Shown here: piece after piece, positions 38,387-50,511 of the stretch
How the letters are laid out: every line of letters starts with the position of its first letter
Numbering within the stretch: the stretch's first letter is position 1
NCBI GenBank assembly: GCA_030704615.1
Contig: CM060734.1
Location: 42,160,001 to 42,224,000 of the forward strand
Length of the DNA stretch: 64,000 nt
Direction of reading: 5' to 3'
Source: Takakia lepidozioides
Taxonomy: Eukaryota > Plantae > Bryophyta
Made by a program: the position numbers and the translations under genes
The notes under the pieces: generated by a model
Databases searched by the model: none
Told to the model about the DNA's origin: nothing
Seen by the model: the letters and a program-made list of their open reading frames with translations, nothing else

Positions 38387-39812
38387 CTGGAGAGTATACC
38401 TTCTGGAATGACATGAGTTCTTTCACCTTGTCAAGGTAGTGCACTTCAGATTCATCTGCTTCATCGCTATTCTCTGAGCTTTTTCCAGACTCGTCCCCAT
38501 CTCCAGATCCTTTCCCCTCTGATCCTGTAGACGATGCCATTCAAATCTGACTGAGTAATGTGCAAATAGTGAACGGCGGTAACGACCATCTCTCTGTCTC
38601 GTCTCAACTCACAATGAATGGTGTGAAACAAATTCAGAACCATCTACACAAGCAAAGCTGATCCTGCCGAATTCAAAACAAAACACTATGATTCTAGGGA
38701 CACAGGAACAGAAAGGTTTTGAGCAAGAGTGAACGGCATTAACGACAATCACAAAAGAGTGGGACCTGCCGGATCGGTGTTGTGCAATGACATATATGTG
38801 TAAGTGATTGGCGGCAACGACACTCAGTATAGTTTAGGGCGGATAGTAAGTGCAGATTATTCAGATTGACTCCATTGTGATGAACGTCGCAAGCATTCAC
38901 TATTTCTTGTCTATGTCGAGAGTACTTTCCAATCGATACTCTACCTGAATCTACAGTATGGTCTTCAAATCTTTGATTGGCGGTACCACCTTTCCACTTC
39001 TCTATCTGTTCAACCTCAAACAAAGAAAATGCATTGCAAAACAATATGACTGAATATGCCGACCCTCACTCTCTCTTCAAACACATAGGTACATAAATCT
39101 CATGAGGAAAATCGAATGGCGTTAACGACGCTCGCAATTCAATAGATTTCAATCACATGTTCCTGCTTAAGAAGGGAAGAGGAAGGACTGCTTGAAAGGC
39201 AATCAGACAGACTGTATGATCTGAACAACAGTGAATGACGGTACCGTCAGTTACCCACTCATTGTGCGGAAAACCCTTAACAGAGGAGTAGAAAGCAAAT
39301 CACCGTTGTTTCATGGTGATGGTCGGTAGCGACAATCCCTTTCTGGGACATTCCACTCAATCTCTACGCAGATCTTCAACAATGAAATGGAAGTTAGAGA
39401 AAACTTACTGGCGCCTTCTTAGGTTTTGAAATTGGATCCCCTTCTGCAGCTTTCCTCTTCCCTCTCACATCTGCTGGAATTTCTGTCTGCTCTAGGGTTT
39501 CTGGACCTTCTCCCGGTTCAGCGTTCCCCGTACTTCCACCTCCTTCAGTTTCCCTGCGAGTCATATCTGCATCCACAGGCTGGTTTCAACGCGCACTGTT
39601 ATCGCCGACTGTGTCACAGCCACTGCCTCAGTCTCGGTCTGCTCTTGTGAATCAGTCTCCGCGTTCACCTGCTGCCTTGGCCCTGAGTTCTCCAACAAAC
39701 GACGCCTCGTTATTTGCTCTCTTGCTCTGCGTCTCTCTCTAAGGGAAGTAAAATAAAGAGACTTTCTTCTATTTCGTATTGTAGAAGGAACCCTCTCCAG
39801 CTTAACTACCAC
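38387..39812 (-). pseudogene. Transposon accessory gene of unknown function, truncated at the internal element end
   Basis: Fragments 39812-39409 (RRKSLYFTSLRERRRA, acidic linker, NLS-like KRK/PKK, GTAAGT donor) and 38546-38388. The same SLYFT motif occurs at ~35790-35860 on +. Confidence 0.45.
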
Positions 39813-40556
39813 TCTCCCTCTAAGCGCGAAAAGTAGAAAAACGACGTGACTCCCGATTTCTTGCGGGATTGCGTGCGTTGTGGCTTGTCTCTAGAAGCAT
39901 CGGATTCCCTCTCGTCATTCCCTTATTAGTGCACATGCCAGCAATTAGTGTACAACTGTTCGTATTCAATATAGTTATCGATGTCTGACGTGTGTCGCCC
40001 AAAATAAATGGCGTGTTCTTTATTAGAACGGTTTCAATATTTAAAAATAACAGCGAATCCCAGAAATCTTGGTGCACAGTCTTAGACAAATATATGTAAA
40101 TGAACGAGAGTTTGATGACAAATTTTGGGATATCATACACGTTCATCCTTGTTAGCCAACCCCACGTTCGTTTCACATTTTGAACTTTCCAGGTGTGCAT
40201 GATCATTGGTAGTAGTATAAAGATGCATTTACTTAATCTGCAATCCCACCCTCAGATCCTGTGGCATGCTTCCAGGAAGTTGGCTTGTTATTGTGTTTAT
40301 TGATGAGGTTCTGATTAACGGTTTAACAACTGCCGACATTGCTCCTAGGGATACTCTGACCACAGGGCCCACAAAAAAAGTAATTAAAATGGACGGCTGC
40401 ATATCTGGAAGGTCTAACAGAATATGCACAGTCGTCGTCTAAGCTTCCTCCGCCATATTCTCTGCTCATTCTTCAACTGTGTTATGGAGACATCAGTAAA
40501 CCGATTTACACTTAAGGTCTGCGATAGCAAGGTATCAACGTACGCGAGGAAGGAAG

Positions 40557-42794
40557 ATGGCTTCTTCTGAAGCGGAGTTCTTCTCTGACGACAAAACAGT
40601 GCCGTTCTCCCAGGAAGTCCTTGACAATGGATTTGCAATTGTTCTGGAACATGTCTTGGCTACCCATTTTCAGCTTCAGAATGGCTCCATCTTTTTGGAG
40701 AAAGAGGTGTACGATTTGAAAGGGAAGTTGTTGAAATACTCTTTCCAAAACCGTGATGAGACGGCTCATGTCAGCCAGTGGAGAGTGCGCCTTGGTCGAT
40801 ACAGAGTACTTGGAGAGCCTCGGCAAAAGTCCCTTGGATCATATGTGACGCCTGGGACTGCTGCTTCGGTCGTTGAAGACAAGAGGGAGGTGGTGGTGAA
40901 AAAAGAACAGACGTCCTCCACTCCAATCGTTGAGCTTTCGGATTCGTCCGATGATGACATAAGTGAAATTCCAAATCCAGTCCTTCCTACTGTGGTTGGA
41001 AAAGCTGATGAAGAAGAGATTTGTAGTGTCATTCCAAAACTACGGGCGATGGGAGGAATGGCTGGATTCAAAAGTGAGTTGCGAGGAATTGATTGGGAAT
41101 CTTTGAAGCAGGTGCCTGTGAATTTCTTGCCAGAGACTTTTGATGGCGATATCCTATTCGAGCTGCCTCCTCCTCCGCGAGTTGGAGGTGTAACAATCAT
41201 GATGCATGGAATGGACAAGAAACACGACGGGCACCCGTGGTGCAGAACAAAAACATCCAATATTCAGAATGATGACAAGCTTGTTTTCAAGAGAACAGTT
41301 TGCAATGGACACCTTAGGTGTGATAATTTGAATTGCAGACACTTTCTTCAGTCTGGGGTTCATAATCAAAGCGAATGGGAGGGTCTGGTGGAAAATCCAT
41401 TTCAGCCTGGGACTGCCCCACCACCGGCAAACACTTTCGTCTGCAAATTCTGCAAACTTGTGCCATCCTGCTTGGTGCTCTGCGGAGCAAGAATGTACTA
41501 TGTTGTCCACCGTTTGAAGAAAGACAGCACAGTCAAAGAGAAGTCCCCAACTTGGGAGACATTGTCTTCATTCCTCACTCTGGTAAATTCCTTATCCACT
41601 CCCCTCCTGTTCACTTGGTTCTTGCAGTGTGATCAAATGTCCTTTGAATTGAATTGCTTTGGGGGGTGAAGGCTGGGAAATGTCCATCGTGGGTGAACGG
41701 AGAGAAAAAACCCTTTGCCTGTGAGCTTGTTGTTGTGGACATTCCAGACGGGCTTCCAGTCCCAGATCTTCCACCGACATGTGTCACTCTAGCCTGGAAT
41801 GAATGGGACGAGCGCTACTGGCCCTGGGTCTTCAAGTTATGTGGGAACTTCTTGGCTATGGGTGTTTGCTCATCCTACAAGCTGCCAATGCAAATTGCCG
41901 ACGACTGCTGTCCAGTTTCCTGAAGTCTGGTGGGATGAAGGTGATTAAAAGCTGGAATGGAGTTAATAGTCTCCCACTTATAAAGGGGGACTTCCCAGGC
42001 TAGAAGGTATGTCGTATCCTCCATTTCATTAAATCTTGTAGAAATGCTCCCCGTGTATAGAAAGCTTTATTTTCCTTCTGCGCTGTCAATCTTCTCCTGC
42101 ATCCTTGCGTTAACGAAATCGTAGTGCAAGGTTGTCATCTGCTACCTACCTTCATGTTGCCTTGGCTCCCTTGGCGCTCAGCTGACTGAGTCCGGTGTTT
42201 TCATTTCGTAGACACGAGCTTTTGATGCACACTGTCTCGTAAGAGAACGCCACCCATCCACACCGTCATCCGTTAAGGAGTTCCAGGTCTTAAAAGGGGG
42301 AACGCATGTTGACTCATCCTGCGATCCCGTGGATGATGATTTTATCTACAACTACGTGGACGCCTCACTTACAGTGCTGCGGAATTCCGGAGAGCCATGG
42401 AGAGGTGCATGGGAAAAGAGTCCTGCATTCATGCAGACAGTCATTGAGTCTTGCAGTGTTGAAGGGTCCCATGTTGTTGACCTCACTCTTGGAACAGGTT
42501 CGGGCCTTCACACTCTAGCAATAATCTGCCTTCATTGTTGTAGTTCGAAAGTGTAGGTTTGTGCGCATATCTTGGCTCATTTGGTTTATTCGTCTGGCAG
42601 GGGCATCGTTCCATGCCTGCAAGGCTGCTGGAAGGCATCTGTTCACATTTGAGGGGGATGGAGAGCTGTACAAAGAGGTAATTGCTCCCCTTCATGAGGG
42701 CTCCACCTCAGGTACCCAGACAGATGCCGCTGCCGCAGCTGTGCCGTTGGAACACGATGACATCGAAATTGACGACGATTTTGATTGTGAGTAA
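40557..42794 (+). pseudogene. GCM-like DNA-binding domain joined in frame to beta-class DNA methyltransferase-like gene, copy 2
   Basis: Exon 40557-41582 has a GCM-like domain paralogous to the transposase N-terminus and ends in SPTWETLSSFLTL|GT, homologous to copy 1. Exons ~41667-42006 (VVVDIPDG), 42212-42497 (WRGAWEKSPAFM..VVDLTLGTG) and 42601-42794 (ACKAAGRHLFTFEGD). Frameshift near 41858 and TAG at 42001-42003. Confidence 0.78.
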
Positions 42795-45780
42795 GTCATG
42801 TGCTTTTACTTCTTTGCATGGGACTCCGTTGTGGCGTCGGAATTGGGGATTCTCATGAAAGTTTGCAATGTTTTGTAGGAGCCCAACTACGCCTAGGTTC
42901 CTCCCTTTCTTTGCGAACCCGGACTTCTTTCCAAGTCCGCCACCCATGCTTGAATTGCCATGTTATGTTGAGGGTGCAGCAAAAACATTTGCTCTCGAAA
43001 CAACTCCCCCTAGACAGGTTTGTGGCAGGAATGGACGTGTGCATAGTGGGACTATGGTGTTCATTGATATTTGTGCTTCAGTTTCTAATGGAAGCTCCTC
43101 CACTAGTGGATCTGGACAATCGAAATGACCCATAAATTTTCGGACTTTCTATGGATAATGAAGCAATATCGACTTCTATGGTTTCAATAGTGCCGACATG
43201 CTGCACATTAAAGTGAGATTATGGTAATGGAGGAACACGCCGCAATCTAATTTCCCAGAAAATCTTAAGTTCTGTAGGTCCAACTTCCATTTTTCAACAT
43301 CAGTGCAACCTTGTGAGCTAAAGCCTAAATTGTAGGTTTTATTGGACTACCTACTTAATCCAGCCATGTCACCCATTCATCCATCGTACAGACGTCAACA
43401 ATAGAGAATCTCAACATCCACATTCTTTTCAAACATTCATCCGATGATATGAGCATGCATTAATCCATCAATGTGCCGGATTGCATCCCTGCACATCCAA
43501 GATTCATCCAAGATTCATTCATCATACTCACACCATCCACCAACATTTCATCCACCTTCTTTCATTTATCATCCGTCAACTTTCATCCATTATTCATCCA
43601 ACATCCATCCTCCATTCATCCGCATTCCATCCGCTTGCTGCCATTGTCTCTTCTACATTGTTGTAAACTACTGCCACGTTGTGTGCAGACTTTCCCGCGG
43701 ATACAGGTCCCGCATGGTTTTTCCATCCCGGTTACAGGTCCTTGCCGTGATATTCATCCTCATCCATGAGAATCTTACCACTCACGGATTGGTATCTTCA
43801 CGCTCACGAATCTTTCTGTTCATGTGAGCCGCTCACAATTTAGCATCCCCCCACTTGGAGAAATGCTCTACCATCACCAACACATATCTGTGGTGACGCA
43901 TCATCAGTGACAACGGTCCTGCGAAGTCAAGACTCCATCTGTAGCCCAATCCCATGATTGGTAAAGGATGCAACTGTGGTGTAGGGGCGTTGAATGAAGC
44001 TCGCACCTTGTCACACACCATGCACCTAGCCATGAACCGTTGCACCTCTGTGTGCATACCACGCCACCAATACTGCCCCTGCAGTAAACTGTGAGTGCGT
44101 CACACTCCAAAATGCCCCAACTCCTCATGGGCATGCTGCACTAACCGTGCACGCTGTGTGGGGTGAGGCACAATCCTCACCCGACCATCCTCCCACACTC
44201 GGAGCAGGTGTATCCCCTCCCACTTGAACCTCTTGGCTCGTTGCAGGATCCGATCCCTCTCCCTGGCAATCACAGTTGCTGCCGTGTCTCCCGTGCGGAG
44301 GTAATCCAACACAGCCGAATCCTCGTGTATATCTCTGACATCACCTAGCTCATCACTAGCCTCAAGGTCCTCAGACACTCCGTCTACAGTTATCCCTATT
44401 GTAGATGCGTGCCATCCCGGCACCATCTCCTCGTCCGTCTCACATGCCTGGGAGCTCCAGTGTCATCCTGCGGCTCGTGCATGGATTGCGACTCAATCCA
44501 TCCGCATCCCGATTGACCAACCCGGTCGATGCAAACCTGAAAGTCATACTCCTTGAGTAAGGCCCCCGTGCATGCTTCCCTGTAAACTTGTCTGACTCCA
44601 TCAACCACTTGAGTGGCTGGTGATCCGTGAAGGGTGAAGATATTATCATATAGATAGCACCTGAAGTGTGCCACGACCCACACTGCAGCTAAGCACTCCC
44701 CCTCATATGAATTGTACTTAGCCTCTGCAGCGTTGTTCGGCGCTGCATAAGCTACTACGAACTCTCTCTTCCCTATCATCCACCTGTGTGAGCACTGCTC
44801 AAAGCCCCAACATACTCCGTATGCAGTTGAAAATGACGCCCCCTGATAGGTCGTCTCAGGATAGGTGCCGAGGTCAACCTCGCCTTGAGCTCTTGAAAAG
44901 CTCGTTCCCCTGCTCATCTTCCCACTGCCACTCCTGGTCCCCCTTGGTCAGCTTAGTTAGAGCCTTTGCATGGCACTAAATCCCTTGACAAACCGTCTAT
45001 AATAGTTTGCCAACCCCATGAAAGCTCGAACTCGGTCACGCTCGCATCCTAGGTCGTGGAATTTGTGCAATGGCTCTACCTTAGTCTGCTGTACCCCCAA
45101 TCCCCCGGATATATCATGTGACCCAGATACTCAATCTGGTTGTGGAAAAACTTGCACTTCCCCGGATGCAACTTCAATCCGTGCGCTCTCAAGCACTCCA
45201 ATACCACCTGAAGGTGTCTCTTATGATCCTCCACCGTAGCACTAAAGATGATGATATCATCTATGTAGCACCGAGCAAAGTCCCACCCCTGCTAGAATCC
45301 TATCCATCTCTCGAAACTCTGCAGGAGCGTTCTTAAGCCCAATGGTAAGAACCGCCACTGATAAAGGCAATCCTTGTCGTGCTCATTGATCCCCCAAAAT
45401 GTCGTCTTCTGCTTGTCCACCTCCTTGATCGGCAATTGGTGATATCCGGATCGTAAATCCAAAGTACTAAAGACCTTAGCATACCCAATGACATCAAAGA
45501 TCTCCTCCGGTGTGGGCATGGCATATTTATCGGACTTGGTCTGACGATTTATAAGCCGGTAATCACCGCACATACGTCTCTCCGTCCAATTGCCATAGAC
45601 ATCCTTCTTGGCTGGCATCACTGTGCTGAAGCATACTCTCCACCAGAGACGCCACCAAAACCTGCCTCCCAGAGATCTTGAGTCCTCATTTGAATCAAAG
45701 ATCTCTCCATGTCACTGTATCTATAGGGTCTCCGAAAGATTGGCGTGTCAGTGGCCAACTCGAGATGGATCTTTGACCAT

Positions 45781-46170
45781 TGGTGCTTTTTGGCGATTTT
45801 TTTAATTTTTACTCTCGTAATTTCTTAGTAAAAGTAGCTGACCCCTTTTCCAGGTCGAAATTTGGTGATTTTTCGCCAGATTAAAAATCACTGCAGTGTT
45901 TTTTTTTTTTTCATATTTCCGCTGGCGGGGCCACTTGTGAATTCCATGCAGTGCCCCTATGGCGAGAATATCGAGGTGACAAAGTTAGAAAAGTGTCTAT
46001 ATTCCAGGTGTCATGTTTTCATTGGTACACGTCGGCAAGATTAGGCTCCTGAAATTGATCTCCTGGTGCTTTTTGGCGAAAATCTCTCATTTTAACCCCC
46101 CATAATTCCTTTGTACAAGTAGCTGACCGACTTTCCAGGTCGAATATCTGGAGATTTTTCGCCAGAAAGA
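45781..46170. repeat. Two ~100-bp diverged direct repeats
   Basis: TGGTGCTTTTTGGCGA..AAGTAGCTGACC..TTTCCAGGTCGAA..GATTTTCGCCAGA at ~45781 and ~46065. Confidence 0.7.
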
Positions 46171-46871
46171 AAAATACTGGGTCTCATGGTAATTTCATGT
46201 ACGTATGGGAGGAGGTTTAGCCAATCTGCCGAGTTTTGCCAAGAGGATGTAAAAGGCCCCAATTTCACTGTCAGCTACACTATTCATCTAAAACTCAACA
46301 TTTTATCATCCATGAGCTCAATTTTCGTCCAGGGCTACCAATGTCTGCTCATAAAATTAACACCCATACCCTGAGTGAAAATGCAGCCAACGGAAACGCA
46401 GAGTAAAAAGGAATGTGGATCGATCCTTACTGCCTCCCCAGACTGACCGTTTGAATACGTCAGATTCGTCCTCTCATAAACTAAATTTTGTTGCTCTACG
46501 AGGCTAGCTGGCCTCCTGGCTAAACTATGGCTATATGTGGCCTTCCGGCTAAACTATGGCTATATGTGGCTATATGGTGACAAGGCGCACGGTCGTCCCC
46601 GCAGCTCGTGGCGGGAGACATGGCCGGCGAATCTAGGGAACGGTTCACCTACTTACTTAGTAGAGAGTACATAACCCACTAGTAAGCTCAACGGTACAAT
46701 TACAAAAAGTAGTAAGTAGGTTAGACGTACCGTTGGAACGTTGCAACACAAGTCAAGTGCTACAATCTTTCATTTTTGAATTGAAGTAAAAGAGAAGCTG
46801 AAAATCAAATTCATCTCCCTTGGTGACAATTGACGGAGTCAAAGGGCAACATGTACCGCTTCTTTTCTACT

Positions 46872-47223
46872 AGGGAAGAACACCCTATGACCGTTCATCT
46901 AAAGATGGCGAAAGATCTAACAGTGAATTTTTGTCGTTTTTACCCCGGATAAATTGATAAGATGCCCCACATATGGGGGCATCCCAACACATTTGGAAGT
47001 GCATGATTTCATGAAATCCACACAAAGTTATGGGGTTTCAAAGTTGAACCAATCGGAATGCTTGTGTGAAGTTTGAGCCCTACGACCACTCATATTCTCT
47101 TGGGTTTCCTATCAAACAACTGCTTGCCAAGTGGCAAAATGAGCAGTCTTGGCCCAGCATGGTCGCTCATGCAGGCCTGACCCAAGCAATTATGAGGTGA
47201 ACGGTCATAGGGTGTTTTACCCT
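46872..47223. mobile_element. PIF/Harbinger (Tourist)-like MITE
   Basis: ~29-bp TIR AGGG.A.AACACCCTATGACCGTTCA.CT with a 3-bp flanking duplication ACT. An alternative reading is a TA TSD. Confidence 0.75.
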
Positions 47224-49661
47224 ACTTACAATTTTTGGGAGCAAGTCGCCCTCACGAAATCACATGGTTCTATTGTGGATCCGGTCGCAAGAGAGAAAAG
47301 AAGCAATCATGCTTGGAGAGGCCGCAACTTTTTGGCGAAACCCTGCCCATGATTGACGGCATGAGTGGGTCGGTCTCAAAACATGCACAGAAAAAATTAC
47401 AACAAGTTGTTTTGCTCGATCCAGACCTTGTTAGAAGGCGCAAAGGGATGTGAATAGGAAGAAGATGGGGTGGATGGAGAATAAAGATAGGGTTGAAGAG
47501 CATGTGAAGAGAGCCCAGTATAGCACAGTAATAATGGACGGCCAGAGTAGGGACCAAGTTGTCATTTCAACATCGTTCGCTATCTTTATGTTTCATGTTG
47601 TTTGCTCAAATAATAGAAATCACTACTACCCTCTCTTCATTCACGGAATGACGCAAAGTTTGTGTTTGAAGTTTGTAGTATGTGTTATGCGATAATACTA
47701 GTATCATGATTAGTGCGGCACCAACATTTATATACACACCCCAATAATCCATTCACTGATTTTGTAAGCTCAGTGAATGCTTAAAGGTCCGAGTGGTAAA
47801 TATGTTGTTACGTTTGTCTTGCTAAACTTAATATTTGGGAGATCTATCATAGCACCTGCTCTCTCTGCTGTTGTCTTTCTCTAAATAAACTTTCTGATCC
47901 CAGTCAGTGTAATGGAGGGAAAATAAGTGTCACTCTTCTGACCACAATTTCTTTTTGGAGAATGCTGCCAAACTGGCACTGTTTGTTTTTGAAAAAATGG
48001 CAGCTAAAATTAATATTCCGTAATGGTACTGGTTCTTGGGGATAGGGGTGTTGCATTTTCCTTGGCACAAAAACATGTCGTCGACTCGCCGCGACGTTGC
48101 TAACATCTGAACCCATGTACATATTTTGGACAACTTTATGGCGCACGGGACGAGGCCCATTCACCACATGACTCGCTAATTGATACGTCACCAATTAAAT
48201 TTGTGTGCGATCATTTTTTGTGCTAGGAAAATTGGTGAGAGTCCTCTCAGATGTTACTACTGATGTGGAATTACTGAATTTTTCCGTCCGCTTCGCATAC
48301 AAATACAACGCGTCTTCAAACCATGTAACGCAATCGAATTTGATAACACGTCTGCGGACCGACGAGACGGGTATGCCATGACAATGGCCATGGCCTTTAG
48401 GGCTGACCTCCAAATATAGCCGGGGTATAACATGCCTGCCCGCCCCTTGCTCAACGAAGCTTCTCCTAGACCGTCAGATCTTCGAGATAAGGAGGATCTG
48501 GGCCGTGCGATGGGGAAGATGGGGGGTGTGTGTAAGGAAAGGAGGGAGGGGGGAATGTTTTAGACGACATGTTTCATTATAGATTGTGGTTTATTTGGAG
48601 AGATCCTGGCCGCTGACGCCACGATGATGGAGGTGTAAGTAAAAGAGAGCATGATGCGCATTAAGTTTTACATCATCTCGCATTCAAATCCAGGTTTGTT
48701 TGAAATAGTTAATAATCGAGGGCGTGGAATCTGTGTAGGAATAAGAGGAAGAAGACGAGGAGACTGAGGAGCAGAGAGAGACAGAGACAGTGTCAGAGAT
48801 CTGTGCTCGGCACAGAGTCTGAGGAGAGTATTAAGAGGGTAAGGCATAGTGGAGGTGTGCGTGGGAGGGCATTGGATGTCGAGATTTTTTGTATTGGAGA
48901 GAAGCGCGGGAGGTGAGGTGCTATAGACCCTCGGAGAGCACGGATGGTTTGACATTTAGTTGTGGTAGGTAGGTCAGAGGGAGGACTAAGGAAACAGACG
49001 ATAAAGGTTGGACCTTGCTTCATAGAGGTCCGCTCCCAAGTTCCAACTGGTAGTCAAGTGTGTTTGTATGAAGGCATATGCAAGCTTGTAGGGCATGAGG
49101 AGCTGAGGTGAACGGAAGGGAGAGACGGGGTGTGTGTGATCCCCACTCCATATTTCGAGATTTCGGTGCTGCTGCGATCTTGTGCGTTCTCCTGGGTTGA
49201 AAGGTTGGAAGCTACCTGATCTGACGACTTGGGTAGTTGAAGTAGTCCGCAGAATTGTTTCCGATTTTTTCCTTGAATTGATTGTTTTTGCGGCCTTCCG
49301 CACTCCAATCGGTGTCTCCTCATGTGAGAGGGGGTTGGGACTGCTTGATCGTAAGGGGGTGGATAGTTGAAGGAGCTGGAGGTTTGTTTGTTTCTCGGCC
49401 AACTCTTGGAGAGTTCTCCTTCCTGGGTGGAGCTGTAGCCGGTGAACTCTTGCACTTCTCCTGACGTAACACATCGCCAAATTGAAGTGCGTGTGATATA
49501 CCCAAGTCCAAAGCGAGAATTTGTCGGCAAAATGTGTAGATAGAGGGTCAGAGATCACCAGCTATGGAGCTTGCACTTCCCTGCGGAGAATGCAGCGCTG
49601 TTTGGACGTGAGCCGGTGTCTTAGGTCTTGTAAAATCCAGATAGAAACATCTCGTTTGAAA

Positions 49662-50511
49662 ATGTCAGCAATAGTGGCCGGGCTGGCTGGCATGTTCTCA
49701 CGTTCGCCCAACAAGTCTGACGTTGTGAATCAACGGGTAGTGAGCAAGCCCGGGACTGTGGCACCACGTTCAGATTCTGAGGCTTTGCGTGACAATTTGA
49801 AAGCATCCATGGTATCAGACAAGCTTCAGAAGGAGAACGGCTCAGTGTCCGACATGCTTCCTGGAGCAAACAGCGTGAGCTCCGAGATGCTTCAGAAGGG
49901 AACCAGTGTAGTTTCGCTGTACGAATCTGACGACGACGAAGAAAATTCTATAGAGACAGAACTATTCGTTAAGATTTTGGGTCCATTGGTGCCGCTCAAA
50001 GAGCAGCTGGAGCGCGACAAGGAGGGACGAAGGCTTGCGGCGATGGAAGCAACAGCTGCTGGGAGCTCTTAGCATGGATCACATTGACGATCACGTGGAG
50101 CCAGAGGTGAAGGTGTTGAGTTTTGGGCTCCAGTGTCGGGGCCGGCCCGATGTTCTTCTTCCTCTTCCTCTCTCCACCAGTGCTCGCGGCGTCACTTGAC
50201 ATCACACTTTGAAGAGGGATACATGCTTCAATCTTCAATTTGGGTTTAACGGTCCCGCACAACATTGTGTCAGGATTGACCTGTGTGACCAGAGTTTGGA
50301 AATCAGTCTACAGTGGGACCAGACTGCGCTCCATGTTGGGCACATTTTCTCCTCAACGGAGTCCTTATAACACATTATGGAAGAGGAGACACCCCTTGCG
50401 CAGTTTAGCTCGTGGGGCATATACTGCCAGCGATGATATTTGTAGATGACGATGGGAAGGTCTACTTGGTGAACAGAAGACTACTCCTTTGAAATCCGTA
50501 AGGACTTGTAA
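49662..50511 (+). pseudogene. Rho (ROP) GDP-dissociation inhibitor, intronless and frameshifted
   Basis: LGPLVPLKEQLERDKE, then in shifted frames DEGLRRWKQQLLG, EPEVKVLS, HNIVSGL, MLGTFSPQ, LARGAY, FVDDDG, YSFEIRKD. Confidence 0.85.

Larger units (their letters stand above)
31931..43850. mobile_element. Composite Mutator-like (MULE) DNA transposon with weak TIRs, carrying DNA methyltransferase-like cargo
   Basis: Splits the integrase at SKW with a 9-bp duplication CCACTTGGA (31922-31930 and 43851-43859). Ends are GGAGAGC..GTGAGC and (reverse complement) GGGGATGC..GTGAGC. Subterminal GGATGAATG/CATTCATCC arrays at ~32080-32200 and ~43370-43630. A further right end lies at ~38387. Confidence 0.88.
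29990..45700 (-). mobile_element. Ty3/Gypsy LTR retrotransposon (degenerate, 5' truncated), RT-RNaseH-INT-PHD, interrupted by the MULE-like insertion
   Basis: RT at 45292-45621 (RMCGDYR, FSTLDLRSGYHQ). RNase H at ~44400-44900 (YNSYEGECLA, TDHQPLKWL). INT H2C2 and core at 43860-44200 continue at 31620-31930 (EHFSK|WIELVPL, VLTDQGREF). PHD finger at ~30960-31105. Confidence 0.92.

Noticed and set aside
35940-42794. Bacterial contamination or a restriction-modification locus
   Set aside because: The MTase-like genes have spliceosomal introns and lie in a TSD-bounded insertion within a plant retrotransposon. No restriction enzyme is seen.
43699-43706. CCCGCAT resembling the animal GCM binding site near the element end
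   Set aside because: A single short match, expected by chance.
47904-48413. Possible decayed transposase fragment on the minus strand
   Set aside because: No diagnostic motif I can name with confidence.
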